Assembly (NCBI GenBank): GCA_963796285.1
Contig: CAWCKW010000012.1
Coordinates: 1,856,001-1,920,000, forward strand
Source of the DNA: Nitrospirota bacterium
GTDB lineage: Bacteria > Nitrospirota > UBA9217
Length of the DNA: 64,000 nt
Direction of reading: 5' to 3'
Shown here: positions 20,185-31,407 of the stretch, piece after piece
Numbering within the stretch: the first letter of the stretch is position 1
Layout: the number at the start of each line of letters is the position of its first letter
Made by a program: the position numbers and the translations under genes
Notes under the pieces: generated by a model
The model's input: only the letters and a program-made list of their open reading frames with translations
Databases searched by the model: none
What the model was told of the DNA's origin: nothing

Positions 20185-21024
20185 TCAACCGACCTTCCCG
20201 CTCTTTAATTTTTTCATCACACCCTCCACAACCCAGTCGGGCGTGGACGCTCCGGCGGTGACCCCTACCTTGGTCGCACCCTTCAGCCACTCCGGTCTGA
20301 TCTCGTCGGCCACCTCGATATGGTACGTCGGTTTTCCTTCCTGTTGGCATACCGAGACCAGCCTGGTTGTGTTCGCGCTATTGCGCCCGCCCACTACCAG
20401 CATGATATCGACCTGTCCGGCTAGAATACGCGCCGCGTCCTGGCGTTCTTTTGTTGAATGGCAAATGGTGTTAAAGACCTTTAATTCTTTGGAAAGGCTT
20501 AACAATTTTAACACAATTTCCGAAAAATTGCTATATGATTGAGTTGTCTGGGCAACAACGCCCAGCCTTTGTTGAAACTTCACGCATTCCACATCCTCTG
20601 CCGTCTCCACGACAACAGCGTTGTCACCTGCATAGCCAAGAATACTCTGCACCTCGGGATGCTGCTTCTCGCCGATAACGACCACCTGATAGCCTTCTTT
20701 CTGAAGCAACTCCGCATCTCGCTGCGCCTTGCCTACAAAGGGGCAGGTGAGATCGATGATCTGGAGCCCTTTGTCCCTGGCCTGGGCAAGTACCAGGGGC
20801 GGCACCCCGTGCGAGCGGATGATAATATAGTCCCCCGGGTTGAGCGATGAAAAATCCTCGACTGTCCGCACCCCTGCCTCAAGCAACCGGTCGACTTCCT
20901 GAGGATTATGGATCAACGGCCCGAGGCAATACACCTTGCCTGTGCCCGCCGCCTTGAACGCGGTATTGATCGCCCGTTTCACACCGAAACAGAACCCTGC
21001 TTTGTCAGCCAGAAATATTTCCAT
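20185..21024 (-). CDS. ispH: 4-hydroxy-3-methylbut-2-enyl diphosphate reductase
   Basis: GFCFGVKRA, IHN, TCPFV, TIC, TAGASTP. Confidence 0.97.
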   Translation of the reverse strand: MEIFLADKAGFCFGVKRAINTAFKAAGTGKVYCLGPLIHNPQEVDRLLEAGVRTVEDFSSLNPGDYIIIRSHGVPPLVLAQARDKGLQIIDLTCPFVGKAQRDAELLQKEGYQVVVIGEKQHPEVQSILGYAGDNAVVVETAEDVECVKFQQRLGVVAQTTQSYSNFSEIVLKLLSLSKELKVFNTICHSTKERQDAARILAGQVDIMLVVGGRNSANTTRLVSVCQQEGKPTYHIEVADEIRPEWLKGATKVGVTAGASTPDWVVEGVMKKLKSGKVG

Positions 21025-21030
21025 GTCCCG

Positions 21031-21705
21031 TCACTTCACCTTCGCCAGTTCGGCCAGCATCCAGTCGACGACCTGGTCAATGCTCAGAAAACTCGAATCG
21101 ATCAGGAGCGCATCGTCGGCCTTTCTGAGCGGCGCGATCGAACGCCCGCTGTCTTGATGATCACGGTCTTTGATCTCCTGCGTGATCCGCGCAAGATCAA
21201 CGTCCAAGCCCTTTCCCTTCAGTTCAAGATACCGGCGCTTCCCCCGTTCCTCCGCGCTCGCCTCCAGAAAAAACTTCAGGTCCGCATCAGGGTACACAAC
21301 GGTGCCGATGTCCCTGCCGTCCATTACCACGCCGCCGTTTTTGCCAAGCTCCCGCTGCAAGGTAAGCAACCGGGCGCGGACCGCAGGCGATTTCGATACA
21401 GCAGAAGCCATCATCCCCATCTCGGGCGTACGGATCTCACCCGTCACATCATAGCCATCCACAAAAAACCGCGGATCGCTGTTGTCCTTCTTGATCGTCA
21501 CCTCGGTCCGCCCGCACAGGTCCTCAAGTGCATGCTCATCAGACGGATCGAGCCGTTCTTTCATCGTTTTCCAGCCGATAGAGCGGTACATTGCGCCGGT
21601 ATCAATGTAAATATAACCCAGGCGCTGTGCAAGTATTCTGGCAACCGTGCTTTTGCCTGCACCCGATGGACCGTCGATGGCTATCACTAATCCGTTTTTC
21701 TTCAT
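21031..21705 (-). CDS. cmk: Cytidylate kinase
   Basis: IAIDGPSGAGKST, DTGAMYR, DGRDIGT. Confidence 0.97.
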   Translation of the reverse strand: MKKNGLVIAIDGPSGAGKSTVARILAQRLGYIYIDTGAMYRSIGWKTMKERLDPSDEHALEDLCGRTEVTIKKDNSDPRFFVDGYDVTGEIRTPEMGMMASAVSKSPAVRARLLTLQRELGKNGGVVMDGRDIGTVVYPDADLKFFLEASAEERGKRRYLELKGKGLDVDLARITQEIKDRDHQDSGRSIAPLRKADDALLIDSSFLSIDQVVDWMLAELAKVK

Positions 21706-21730
21706 ATATGTGCTGTCAAGCAGGGTTGAT

Positions 21731-21771
<41 letters not shown>

Positions 21772-21781
21772 TATTTCTGAC

Positions 21782-23084
21782 TTACGAATACGCCACCTGC
21801 CTCAGCAATCGCTCAAAACCGGGGAACGATGTGTCGATCCATTCCGTATCATGCACAATAGTATTTCCGCTTGCGGCGAGCCCTGCCACGGCCACGGACA
21901 TGGCGATTCGATGGTCCCCATGGCTGTCACAGTGTGTTCCCATGAGCGTGTCTTTACCGATGATTTCCATCCCGTCAGGAAGCTCCGTCACTGCCGCGCC
22001 CATCTTGCGGAGCTCTGCAGCCATGGTCGCGATCCGGTCAGACTCCTTCACCCTGAGTTCAGCGGCGTCCTTGATGACAGTTTTCCCTTCCGCATAGGAC
22101 GCGGCCACGGCCAACACCGGGAGCTCATCAATGGCACGGGGGATCATCTCCCCACCGATCTGAAACCCATGAAGTTTCCGGTGCCGCACCCGGATATCGG
22201 CCACTGGTTCGCCTGCCTGCTCTCGCTGGTTCTCCTGCGTGATGTCCGCGCCCATTCCGACGAGGACGTCGATGACGCCCGTGCGCGTAGCATTTACTCC
22301 CACGTTTTTTATGAGCAGGTCCGAGCCCGGCACAATGGAAGCGGCGACCATGAAGAACGCGGCCGACGATATATCGGACGGGATATTGAGCGATCCTTTG
22401 GCGCGCAGCCGCTGTCTCCCTTTCAGCATCACCCTGTTCCCCCGTTCCCCGACCTCCACGCCGAAGAACCGGAGCATGCGCTCGGTGTGGTCACGGGACT
22501 TGGACGGTTCGTTCACCGTGGTATCGCCATGGGCATATAAACCGGCAAGAAGGATCGCCGACTTGACCTGAGCGCTTGCAACGGGACTGACATACTCGAT
22601 GGCCTGAAGGGTTTTTCCCCCACCCCTGATGGAGAGCGGCGCAAGCGTACCGTGGGAGCGGCCGTCGATCCTCGCACCCATGCGTTGGAGCGGCTCAACG
22701 ATCCTTGCCATGGGACGCTTTCTCAGATACTGGTCGCCGGTAAGCACGGAGAAAAAATCCTGTCCCGCAAGCAGACCCGCGATGAGCCTCATTCCGGTTC
22801 CCGCATTACCAAGATCGAGCACCCCCGCGGGCTCCGAAAGACCGTCAAGCCCCTTGCCATGCACAACGAGGCGTGCTGTCCCCAGACCCTCGATTGCGAT
22901 GCCCATTGCCTGCATTGCCTTTCGCCGTGTTCTGCGTGTCTTCTCCGGTCAGGAATCCGGTAATGTGAGTATCGCCATCTGCAAGAGCGGCAAACATCAC
23001 TGACCGGTGGGAGATCGATTTATCTCCGGGCAGGGAAAGCTCACCCCGGAGTCCGCTCGACGGTTGTATGTGGAGATCGGCCAT
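21782..23084 (-). CDS. aroA: EPSP synthase (frameshift near 22920, likely an error)
   Basis: PGDKSISHR in 22845..23084; GNAGT, SAQVKS, RVKESDR, DHRIAM in 21782..22915. Confidence 0.93.
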
Positions 23085-23087
23085 GGA

Positions 23088-23951
23088 CTATTCCAGACCC
23101 CTTCTGAGCTCACTCGCCGATCGGAACAGTTTTTCAAGCGTTGCTGCGTCCTGACGCTTGATCGCCTTCTTTATCCTGTTGAGCGCTACCTCGTACTGGT
23201 CGATCATATCGATGATATTTTTCCCGTTCAGCAGACAGACGTCCCTCCACATTTCCGGCGAACTTGCCGCGATCCTGGTGAAATCACGGAATCCGGCGCC
23301 TGAAAAATTGATGTAATTCTCCGGCCCCGCGTTGAATCCCGCGACCGTGCTGACCATGGCGAAGGCCGCCGCATGGGGGAGATGGCTCACTGCCGCGAAA
23401 ATATGGTCGTGCGCATCGGCATCCATCAATACTACGTTCGCGCCGGCGGCAATCCAGATCGCCTTCACCGCTTCAAGGGCCTGCGGGTCTGTCTTGACCG
23501 TCGGCGTCAGAATGCATTTCGCGCCCAGGAACAGCGCCCCGGACGACTCTCCGACACCGTGCTTTTCCTTGCCCGCGATCGGATGGCCTGGAACATAGTG
23601 GACGCCGGCTGGAAGCATTGCCTCGAGCGTTGTGACCAGCGCTCCCTTGACACTGCCCACATCAGTAAGGATGGCCCCCTTTTTCAGCCGCGGACCGATC
23701 TCGGTTACGGTACGCTCGAATGCGCCGACAGGAGCAGCAAGCACTACCAGGTCCGCGTCCTCGACATCCTTAGACAAGACCTGTCCTATGCGATCGATCA
23801 CGCCAAGCTTGAGCGCCAGCTCGAGCGTCTCCCTGCTTCTTCCGGCGCCCGTTATCTTGTGCGCCAGGTTCTTGTCCTTCAGGACCTTGGCCAGGGAACC
23901 GCCGATCAGACCGACGCCGATTATGGTTACGTTATTGAATAATGTTGCCAT
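23088..23951 (-). CDS. tyrA: Prephenate/arogenate dehydrogenase
   Basis: GVGLIGGS, DVGSVK, HPIAG, SHLPH, RDFTRIA. Confidence 0.95.
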   Translation of the reverse strand: MATLFNNVTIIGVGLIGGSLAKVLKDKNLAHKITGAGRSRETLELALKLGVIDRIGQVLSKDVEDADLVVLAAPVGAFERTVTEIGPRLKKGAILTDVGSVKGALVTTLEAMLPAGVHYVPGHPIAGKEKHGVGESSGALFLGAKCILTPTVKTDPQALEAVKAIWIAAGANVVLMDADAHDHIFAAVSHLPHAAAFAMVSTVAGFNAGPENYINFSGAGFRDFTRIAASSPEMWRDVCLLNGKNIIDMIDQYEVALNRIKKAIKRQDAATLEKLFRSASELRRGLE

Positions 23952-23954
23952 GAG

Positions 23955-24128
23955 TTATTTAAACTTCATCAAAAGAGGGATTATCAGCGCTGCCAGTATT
24001 GCGATAATAATCATTGCAACAGGCCATAAATTGATCCATGCTTCCCGCTCAAAATGCCCCTTTTCTTGGCCACTATTTTCTCCGCGCAGGCTGCTCAGTC
24101 CTGCCTCACACAAAGCCACAAAGCTCAC
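23955..24128 (-). CDS. Possible small single-TM protein (about 57 aa)
   Basis: Open frame ending AWINLWPVAMIIIAILAALIIPLLMKFK*, with the stop just before the tyrA start; start uncertain. Confidence 0.3.
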   Translation of the reverse strand: MSFVALCEAGLSSLRGENSGQEKGHFEREAWINLWPVAMIIIAILAALIIPLLMKFK

Positions 24129-24148
24129 AAAGAAAGGCTACAAATTAT

Positions 24149-24321
24149 GTAACTATTCAGCTTGCTCACAATTATTGAAAGCAATAATCTGTTCAGCTCT
24201 GCAATAACAAACAGTTTCGTCATTCCCGAACGCTTTAATCGGGAATCCAGAGGTTTTAAAATCATTGGATCCCCGATAGGATCATTCGGGGATGACGGAC
24301 ATGGGGGACGTGAATAGTTAC
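24149..24321. mobile_element. 173-bp MITE with 11-bp terminal inverted repeats and 8-bp target-site duplication
   Basis: GTAACTATTCA...TGAATAGTTAC flanked on both sides by CAAATTAT; internal REP-like double hairpin 24219-24296. Confidence 0.85.
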
Positions 24322-24325
24322 CAAA

Positions 24326-25400
24326 TTATTTTAAAATCTTCTCCAGCTCGCTCACGAAGCGTGCGTTCTCTTCAGGCAACCCGATCGTGACGCGGAGCCT
24401 GTTGCCGCCCATGGGCCGGATAATCACGCCCTGCTTCAGGAGCGCGGCATAGAGTTCCTTGCCGTCAAGCCGGGTCTCGAACAGAATAAAATTGGCCTCG
24501 GTGGGGATATACGATATGCCGAGCCGCTGAAAGGTTTGATACAGAAACTGTTTCCCCTCGTTGTTGATCGCGATCGACTTCTCGACATGCTTCCGGTCGG
24601 CAAGCGCCGCCAGCGGCGCCGACCTGGGCCAGCGAGTTCGTGTTGAACGGCTGCCGCACCTTGTTCATCAGCTCAGCGATCTCCGGGGTCGTGATGCCGT
24701 AGCCGATGCGAAGTCCGGCAAGCCCGTAGATCTTCGAGAACGTCCGCAGCGCCAGCACGTTCTTACCCTTCTTCAGGTAATCCAGAGAATCAGGATAGTC
24801 AGCGTGAGTAACATATTCAAAATACGCTTCATCCACAGCCACGACTATGTGGTCCGGCACCCGGTCCATGAACCGGTCCATCTCCGACTTTGCATTCATG
24901 GTGCCGGTAGGGTTGTTCGGGTTGGCAATGAACACCATCCTGGTCTTCGGAGTGAACCGCTCCGCCATGGCATCGAGGTCATGCCGCATGTCCCTGCACG
25001 GAACAATAACATTCGTTCCGCCCGCTGCCTGAGCGATCATCCTGTACACCACAAAGGATGGATCAGCCGAGATGATCTCGTCACCGGGCTGGACGAACGT
25101 GCGCACCGCGAGTTCAATGAGTTCATTCGATCCATTGCCCAGAATGATCTGGTTGAGATCCACCCCGTACTTTTTGGCCAGTGCCTGAGAGAGATAAAAT
25201 CCGCTGCCGTCGGGATACCGGTTCAGACCTTCAACGGCCTTTTTGATCGCCGCGATGGCTTTAGGCGAAGGCCCGAGAGGGTTCTCGTTCGAGGCAAGCT
25301 TGATGCTGCCGCTGATGCCAAGCTCCCGCTCCAACTCCTCGATCGGCTTGCCCGGAACGTAGGGGGTGATGTTTTTTATGTTTTCTGAAACGTTGATCAT
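24326..25400 (-). CDS. hisC: Histidinol-phosphate aminotransferase (frameshift near 24615)
   Basis: KLASNENP, ANPNNPTG, DEAY, RTFSKIYGLAGLRIGY; C-terminus continues in a shifted frame to TAA 24326. Confidence 0.93.
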
Positions 25401-25420
25401 CGATCCAGCTCCGTTTTCCA

Positions 25421-25549
25421 ATTTCGGATTGCGGATTTCGGATTGAAAACCTTTAAACCCGTAAATCCCCATTCCGCAATCTGCAATCTAAAATCCGCAA
25501 TGCCTTATGTTTACCATTATTCCGCAATCCGCAATCCGAAATCCGCAAT
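25421..25549. repeat. Inverted heptamer arrays (ATTGCGG/ATTTCGG versus AATCCGC/AATCCGA)
   Basis: One array at 25421-25445 facing two complementary arrays at 25471-25501 and 25519-25549. Confidence 0.85.
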
Positions 25550-25553
25550 AGTT

Positions 25554-26627
25554 TTATCCGCTCTTCGGATACGACCCCAGCACCTTCAGGAACATGCAGT
25601 CCTGCCGCAGGCGTTCGATCGACGCGGCGACCTTCCCGTCTTCGATGTGGCCTTCCATGTCGAGGAAAAAAACGTAATCCCAGACCTTCCGCCCCGACGG
25701 CCGGGCATCCAGCCTGTTCAGGTTGATGCCGCTCTCGGCAAAAGGCGCTAGCATGGTATAGAGCGCGCCCACCTTGTCCTTGATGGAGAACATGATCGAG
25801 GTCTTGTCGCGGCCTGTTTTGCCCGGAGATTTAGGGGCGATGACGAGGAACCGCGTAATGTTATTTGTGCTGTCCTCGATCTTTCTCCCCGCTATCTGGA
25901 GCCCATACAGCACCGCCGCCATCTCGCTGGCGATCGCCGCACCCGTTGGATCATCCGAAGCCATTTCCGCGGCCCTGGCCGTGCTTGGCGCATCCAGGAC
26001 CGGCACGCCGGGCAGGTTCTTCTCGATCCACTGTCTGCACTGTGCCGCCGCAGGGGCGATCGTATAGATCTTTTTGATGTCCTCGAGTTTGCCCGACTTG
26101 TTCATGAGGTGCTGCGACACTTCGAGCATGATCTCGGCCGCTATCTTGAGGTCCGAGTCGATGAACATGTCGAGGGTATAGATCACGGCGCCTGACGAGG
26201 AATTTTCAATGGGCACAACGCCGTAGTCCGCCCGGCCGCGCTCCACCTCATTGAACACGTCCCTGATGCTCTCCACCGGCACGTACTGGGCCGCCAGGCC
26301 GAACTGCTGCATTCCGGCCATGTGGGTGAACGTGGCGCGGGGTCCGAGATACGCAACTTTGAGCGGACGCTCGAGCGAAAGAGACGAAGACAGAATTTCG
26401 CGATACACGGCACGCAGGGTGTCCTGGGGGAACGGACCCTTGTTGCGGGCAGTGAGGCGTTCAAGGATCTCCTGTTCCCGTGACGGGGAATGGAAGTCGA
26501 GCTTCTCGGTCTTTTTGATGTTCCCGATCTCGATGACGATCCGGGCGCGTTCATTCAGCAGATCGACCAGTTTTTCATCGATCTCGTCGATCTTCTTCCG
26601 GAGGTCCTGTATTTTCTGTTTAGACAT
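25554..26627 (-). CDS. pheA: Chorismate mutase/prephenate dehydratase
   Basis: LRKKIDEID, VAYLGP, VPIENS, NITRF, ACT domain, LGSYP. Confidence 0.96.
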   Translation of the reverse strand: MSKQKIQDLRKKIDEIDEKLVDLLNERARIVIEIGNIKKTEKLDFHSPSREQEILERLTARNKGPFPQDTLRAVYREILSSSLSLERPLKVAYLGPRATFTHMAGMQQFGLAAQYVPVESIRDVFNEVERGRADYGVVPIENSSSGAVIYTLDMFIDSDLKIAAEIMLEVSQHLMNKSGKLEDIKKIYTIAPAAAQCRQWIEKNLPGVPVLDAPSTARAAEMASDDPTGAAIASEMAAVLYGLQIAGRKIEDSTNNITRFLVIAPKSPGKTGRDKTSIMFSIKDKVGALYTMLAPFAESGINLNRLDARPSGRKVWDYVFFLDMEGHIEDGKVAASIERLRQDCMFLKVLGSYPKSG

Positions 26628-26672
26628 AAGCGTTTAATCAAATCCGTCTGAAAGGGATATGCAGATTTGCGA

Positions 26673-26701
26673 ATTATAGTTTATTTTTTAAGCAGTTGCA
26701 A
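26673..26701 (-). promoter_or_regulatory. Sigma70 promoter for the pheA operon
   Basis: TTGCAA-N17-TATAAT on the minus strand. Confidence 0.65.
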
Positions 26702-26788
26702 GGACTTTTTGGATCAGGGGACCCCCGAAGGTTTCATTATTTACTTTTATTCCTTTTTGATGAATAATGATACCTTAGGTTTTCAGCC

Positions 26789-27835
26789 ATGGACATCGAT
26801 CTCATAAACGACATCAAGTTCAATTGCGACGTTTCGGATGCGCAGTACTGGGGATATTTTTCAGTCTGCGGCCTGCTGATGCGTTATCGGGACCTCTTCC
26901 GGTCCGAAAAAGGCCTCAAGCCCTGGGCTGAGATCAATCGCGAGGAGATCCTGTCATGGATCGCAGGCAAGGAATCCCGCTGGCCGGACCTGGAGGAGAT
27001 GGGTTTCAGGGACCTGGCCATAGGGGGTATAAAATACAGCCCCTTCGATCTTGTTGGGATAAATCATGCGTTGAAAGAACGGCAGCTCATCTACGGCGCG
27101 GGCTACGGCATGTACATGAAACCCACCTTCTTTCTTGCGGAACTCCGTACCCTCCATGAGGTCTCCGGACTGACCGTGTATACCTCAGGGACCGAATTCG
27201 CCAGAGACCTTTTTACCGCGGCTGGCATGCTCCAGGGTAAAAGCATCTTCCTGCGGCTTGAGCCGCTCACTATGCTGCTCCTGTACAAGTTTTCGGAGTT
27301 GAATACGAGGCACGTCTCCGCGCTTGAAGATGCCTTTGCGCAATACGGTTTCCAACAGCGGCAGATCATCGACGAGACATTCGAAAAACGCATCGAGAAG
27401 ATGGCGGAGCGTTATGCGGGGGTAGTGCTTCGTCATGAGATCGCGGAATCACGCGAAGACATATCTGAATGGAAGGACCTGCTTTCCGAGGCCGGAGACC
27501 GGAAAGCGGAGCATTATTTGCGCGCGATAAAAGACCTGATTGCCGACACCTCGGACCACGGCCCTTACAAGAGGATCATCGATATGCGGGACCGCGGCGC
27601 CCTCAGCCTCACGATTGCGCTCATGGAGGGATACCGGAGGGTCCTTTTCCCGGAGATACAAGGAGCGTACAACGAATTTTGCCGGCAGGGGGACTGGTCG
27701 GCAATGGAACGATCGCGGCAGGCCGGATACGAACGCTTCCGATCGCACAGAGACGCCATCGTGGACCTGTATCGTGGCAGCAGCGGGAAGGATGATTTTA
27801 CCAAAAAGATCAGGGAACGTCTTCAGACAACCTGA
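26789..27835 (+). CDS. Conserved hypothetical protein (Sfum_1244-like)
   Basis: N-terminal NCDVSDA...SVCGLLMR, YGAG...KPTFF, HE motif; family recalled, not searched. Confidence 0.65.
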   Translation: MDIDLINDIKFNCDVSDAQYWGYFSVCGLLMRYRDLFRSEKGLKPWAEINREEILSWIAGKESRWPDLEEMGFRDLAIGGIKYSPFDLVGINHALKERQLIYGAGYGMYMKPTFFLAELRTLHEVSGLTVYTSGTEFARDLFTAAGMLQGKSIFLRLEPLTMLLLYKFSELNTRHVSALEDAFAQYGFQQRQIIDETFEKRIEKMAERYAGVVLRHEIAESREDISEWKDLLSEAGDRKAEHYLRAIKDLIADTSDHGPYKRIIDMRDRGALSLTIALMEGYRRVLFPEIQGAYNEFCRQGDWSAMERSRQAGYERFRSHRDAIVDLYRGSSGKDDFTKKIRERLQTT

Positions 27836-28165
27836 CCCGGACAAGCCGGAACCGAGAAAACCAAGTCAAGGTCATTGACAAGAAAACAAGCAAATGAAAC
27901 CTATGAACGATTATGACCCCTCATAATCCGATCAGTGTACATCCGTGCCAAAGAAGTTGACTCATTCCTACCCATTCTTGGTAGAAATTTATTCGTAATT
28001 AAGCAATAACTCCCGTGGAACAGGAACAAAAGCGTATCATGTCTTTTTCGATCGATCAACGAGAGCGTTGCACTCTCAATGTTCACCAATAGATTTCTTC
28101 ATCGCTTCCCTTTTCGTATTGACACCTTCGTTCTCAGGGTGCCGATGTCTCATTGCGCCTGCTGC

Positions 28166-31024
28166 TCAGACCTTGAGCTGTTCAGCCTTCACCCATCCGT
28201 CGATCTCACCCGGTGCCATGGGCACTGAGAACAGGAACCCCTGTCCATACTGGCAATGCATTTTCTGCATATTCAATAACTGGTGGTTCATTTCCACACC
28301 TTCGGCGATCACTTCAAAGTTCATACTGGTGGCCAGCGAGAGGATCGACAGAATGATCTCTTTGTTTTTTCCATCAGCTGAAAGCTTTTTGATGAACGTC
28401 CGGTCGATCTTGATCGCGTCGATCGGGAAGCGGTGCAGATAACTCAGCGAGGAATAGCCGGTGCCGAAATCATCGATGTGGATCTGGACGCCCAGGCCCT
28501 CAGCTGGTTCATCGTCTCCACCGCCATCTCGACGTTCTCCATGATCATGCTCTCCGTTATCTCGAGCGCAAGGGTGTGCGCATCGACCCCCGTATCCATG
28601 ATGATGGCGGACACCTTGCTGGCGAGGTCGCGCTGCGCGAACTGTTTGCCCGAAATATTGACGCTCATCTTGAGCGGGGGCTGCATAGGATACCGTTCCT
28701 GGAGCACGCGCAGCTCGCGGCAGGACTCCCGGAGGATCCACTCGCCGATGGTGTTGATCAGTCCGGTCTCCTCAGCCATGGGAATGAATTCCAGGGGATA
28801 GATGAGGCCCCGTTTGGGGTGGTTCCACCGGACAAGGGCCTCGAAACTGACCAGCTGGTGGGTCGTCAGGTCGATAATCGGTTGATAGAAGACGATAAAC
28901 TCCTTGTGGTCCAGGGCCCCGCGCATGTCCGCCTCGAGCTGCAGCCGGTCGAGGATGTTCGCATGCATCTTGGGATCGAAGATCTCATGGCACGCGCTGC
29001 CCCTCGCCTTGGCCTGGTACATGGCGATATCCGCATCGCGCAGCACCTGTTCTGGACGTTCGTAGCGCTCGGAGCCTGTGGCGATCCCGATACTCACGGA
29101 TGCGAACACCTCCTGTCCTTTGACCAGGAGCGGCACCGACAGCTTGTTATGGATACGTTCAGCGACATCGACGGCGTCCTTCAATTCACTGATATTATTC
29201 AGGAGCACGGCGAACTCGTCTCCGCCAAGGCGCGCGACCGTGTCCCCCGGCCGGAGGCACTCCGACAACTGCTGTCCCATTGCGATAAGGAGCTGGTCAC
29301 CCACCGTATGGCCGAGGCTGTCATTGACGATCTTAAACCGGTCCATGTCGAGAAAAAGGACCGCGTAGAGTTCGTTGGCGCGTCGCGTCGATACGGTGAT
29401 ACTGTGCTGAAGGCGGTCCATGAAGAGGGCCCGGTTCGGCAGGCCGGTCAGTGCATCGTGAAAAGCATTATACACCAGCTGCTCTTCCGCCGATTTTCTC
29501 GACATGATATCCGTCTGCGAGCCGGCCATTCGATACGCATGGCCATCCCGGTCCCGTACCGCGAGCCCTCGATTGAGCACCCAGCGGTACGCCCCGTCCT
29601 TGTGCATGATGCGGTATTCGCATTCAAAATGCTGGTCCCGTCCGTCGAGGTGGGCGGCGATCTTGACTTCGACTTCATCACGGTCGTCAGGATGGACCAG
29701 GCCGAACCATTCTTCCGGCGTGTCGCGGATATCCTTCTCCTCGTACCCGAGCATCGATTTCCACCGGTATGATAAATATATTTTATTGCTCCGCAGGTCC
29801 CAGTCCCACAGCCCGTCGTTCGCGCCTCGGGCAGCCAGGGCATACCGCTCTTCGCTTTCGCGGAGCGCCGCCTCAGCCCGTTTCCGTTCCGTGATGTCAT
29901 GCGTATACTCAATGACGTGGGATACCTTCCCTTCGCTGTCCATGATCGGATAGGTATAGATCGCACTCCAGGTCTTTACACCATCCAATAAGTACGCCAT
30001 TTTTTCCTTGGCGCAGGGATTGCCGGATAGGAACGTCTTCTGCACAACGCATTCATCGCAGACACTGCTCCTCTTCAGCAGTGCTTCATAGCAGGTTTTT
30101 CCGATCAGATCATCGAGCTTCTTGTTCCGCATCTGCGCGTAGGCCTCGTTCGCCCGGATGATCCGGTAGTCGCGGTCGATGATGCAGAAAGGGTCCTGGA
30201 TACTGTTGAAGATGGTATTGAGAAAGGCCTCGGACTTCTTCAAGGCCTCCTCGGTCTGTTCGTGCTCCACGATCTCCTGCTCAACCTTTGCATATCCGTT
30301 CTTCAGCGACAGGCTCATGGCATTGAAATGCGAGTCAAGCTCTCCGAATTCTGCCGTGTCCTTGTCCGCGATCGTGAACCCAAGGCCGCCGCCGGAAATC
30401 ATCCGCGTTGCATTGACCAGCGTATTGATGGGTTTGATTATAGACCTGGTCAGGTTCACGGCGACAAGAACAGCAAGGACAAAGGTCAGAAGCGTCACAA
30501 GGATCACGACCTTCCGATTGATCTTCTGCGTTGCATCCCGAGTCAAGAGCTCGAGCTTATTGCTCGCCTGCGCAGACATGTCCTCGGCCTTTGCCAGGAT
30601 ATCATTACCGATGTTTGCGGTATTGATCTTCAGCTGATTGGTCTGCGGGGAATTCGATGACGAGTACAACGTGAATCAGGGCCTTCCGGTACTCGCCGAT
30701 AAGAGAGCGGACGCGATCGATTCTTCTGGTGATCTCGGGAGGATGATGGCAGGTGGAGCATTTTTGTACGGCCTGCTCGAGGAGTGTGACATCTTCTGTG
30801 ATAAGATCGCTCTTGTTGCCAAGCTTCATATGGATAGTGTAAAGATCGGACTGGACCTTCTGGATGGGTATGATCAGATGCTTTCCGAGGTCCTCGCTTT
30901 GGTGAAAGTTGTTATGGCGGCTGAGCGTTTCATTCGTGTTCCTGATGTACAAGGTAGCGAACGCGCCCCCAAGTGTGGAGAACAGGAACACCATGAGCAG
31001 CGAGAGAATGATCTTCCTCTTCAT
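28166..31024 (-). CDS. Membrane c-di-GMP enzyme: CxxCH sensor-HAMP-PAS-PAS-GGDEF-EAL (frameshifts near 30672 and 28498)
   Basis: Three ORF pieces join up: TM + CSTCH; HAMP, PAS, RLGGDEF, FEAL; DDFGTGYSS, KIDR, AEGVE, QGF. Confidence 0.88.
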
Positions 31025-31085
31025 ACCGTAATACCCTCCTTAACGTACCCCTAAGCAGCCGAATTCTTTCCCCTATATATACTGT

Positions 31086-31114
31086 TTTATAATGTATTTT
31101 ACGAAAAAAGTCAA
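31086..31114 (-). promoter_or_regulatory. Sigma70 promoter candidate for the GGDEF/EAL gene
   Basis: TTGACT-N17-TATAAA. Confidence 0.55.
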
Positions 31115-31407
31115 GTTTTTTTATTATTTACCATATTTAATTGTTATCTCAGGTGGGCCTGTGGATGACCGGGAAGCGAGGGTTGAGTTGAACACAAACG
31201 AATTACTATTTGCTATCTGGCTGCAAGTACCCATCACCCTATCCTCTCCCTGTGGGGATATGATTAAACCGGCCCTGAGTACAGCCGAAGGGTAAGGGCC
31301 CTTCCAAAATATGTTCAAATGCGTTGCAATAAGCATTCCAACATCGCCCGCCTTTTAACTGCAGGCTTATAAAAAACCGGCTATCAATATCTGCCGCCGG
31401 GCGTTCG

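Noticed and set aside
21782-25400. aroA and hisC as pseudogenes or programmed frameshifts
   Set aside because: Motifs are intact on both sides of each break, there is no slippery-site structure, and the same pattern occurs window-wide
25400-25472. N-terminal extension of HisC in the ORF track
   Set aside because: It is a translation of the heptamer repeat; the likely start is ATG 25400
27901-28089. 62-aa ORF in an AT-rich spacer
   Set aside because: No convincing RBS or recognisable motif
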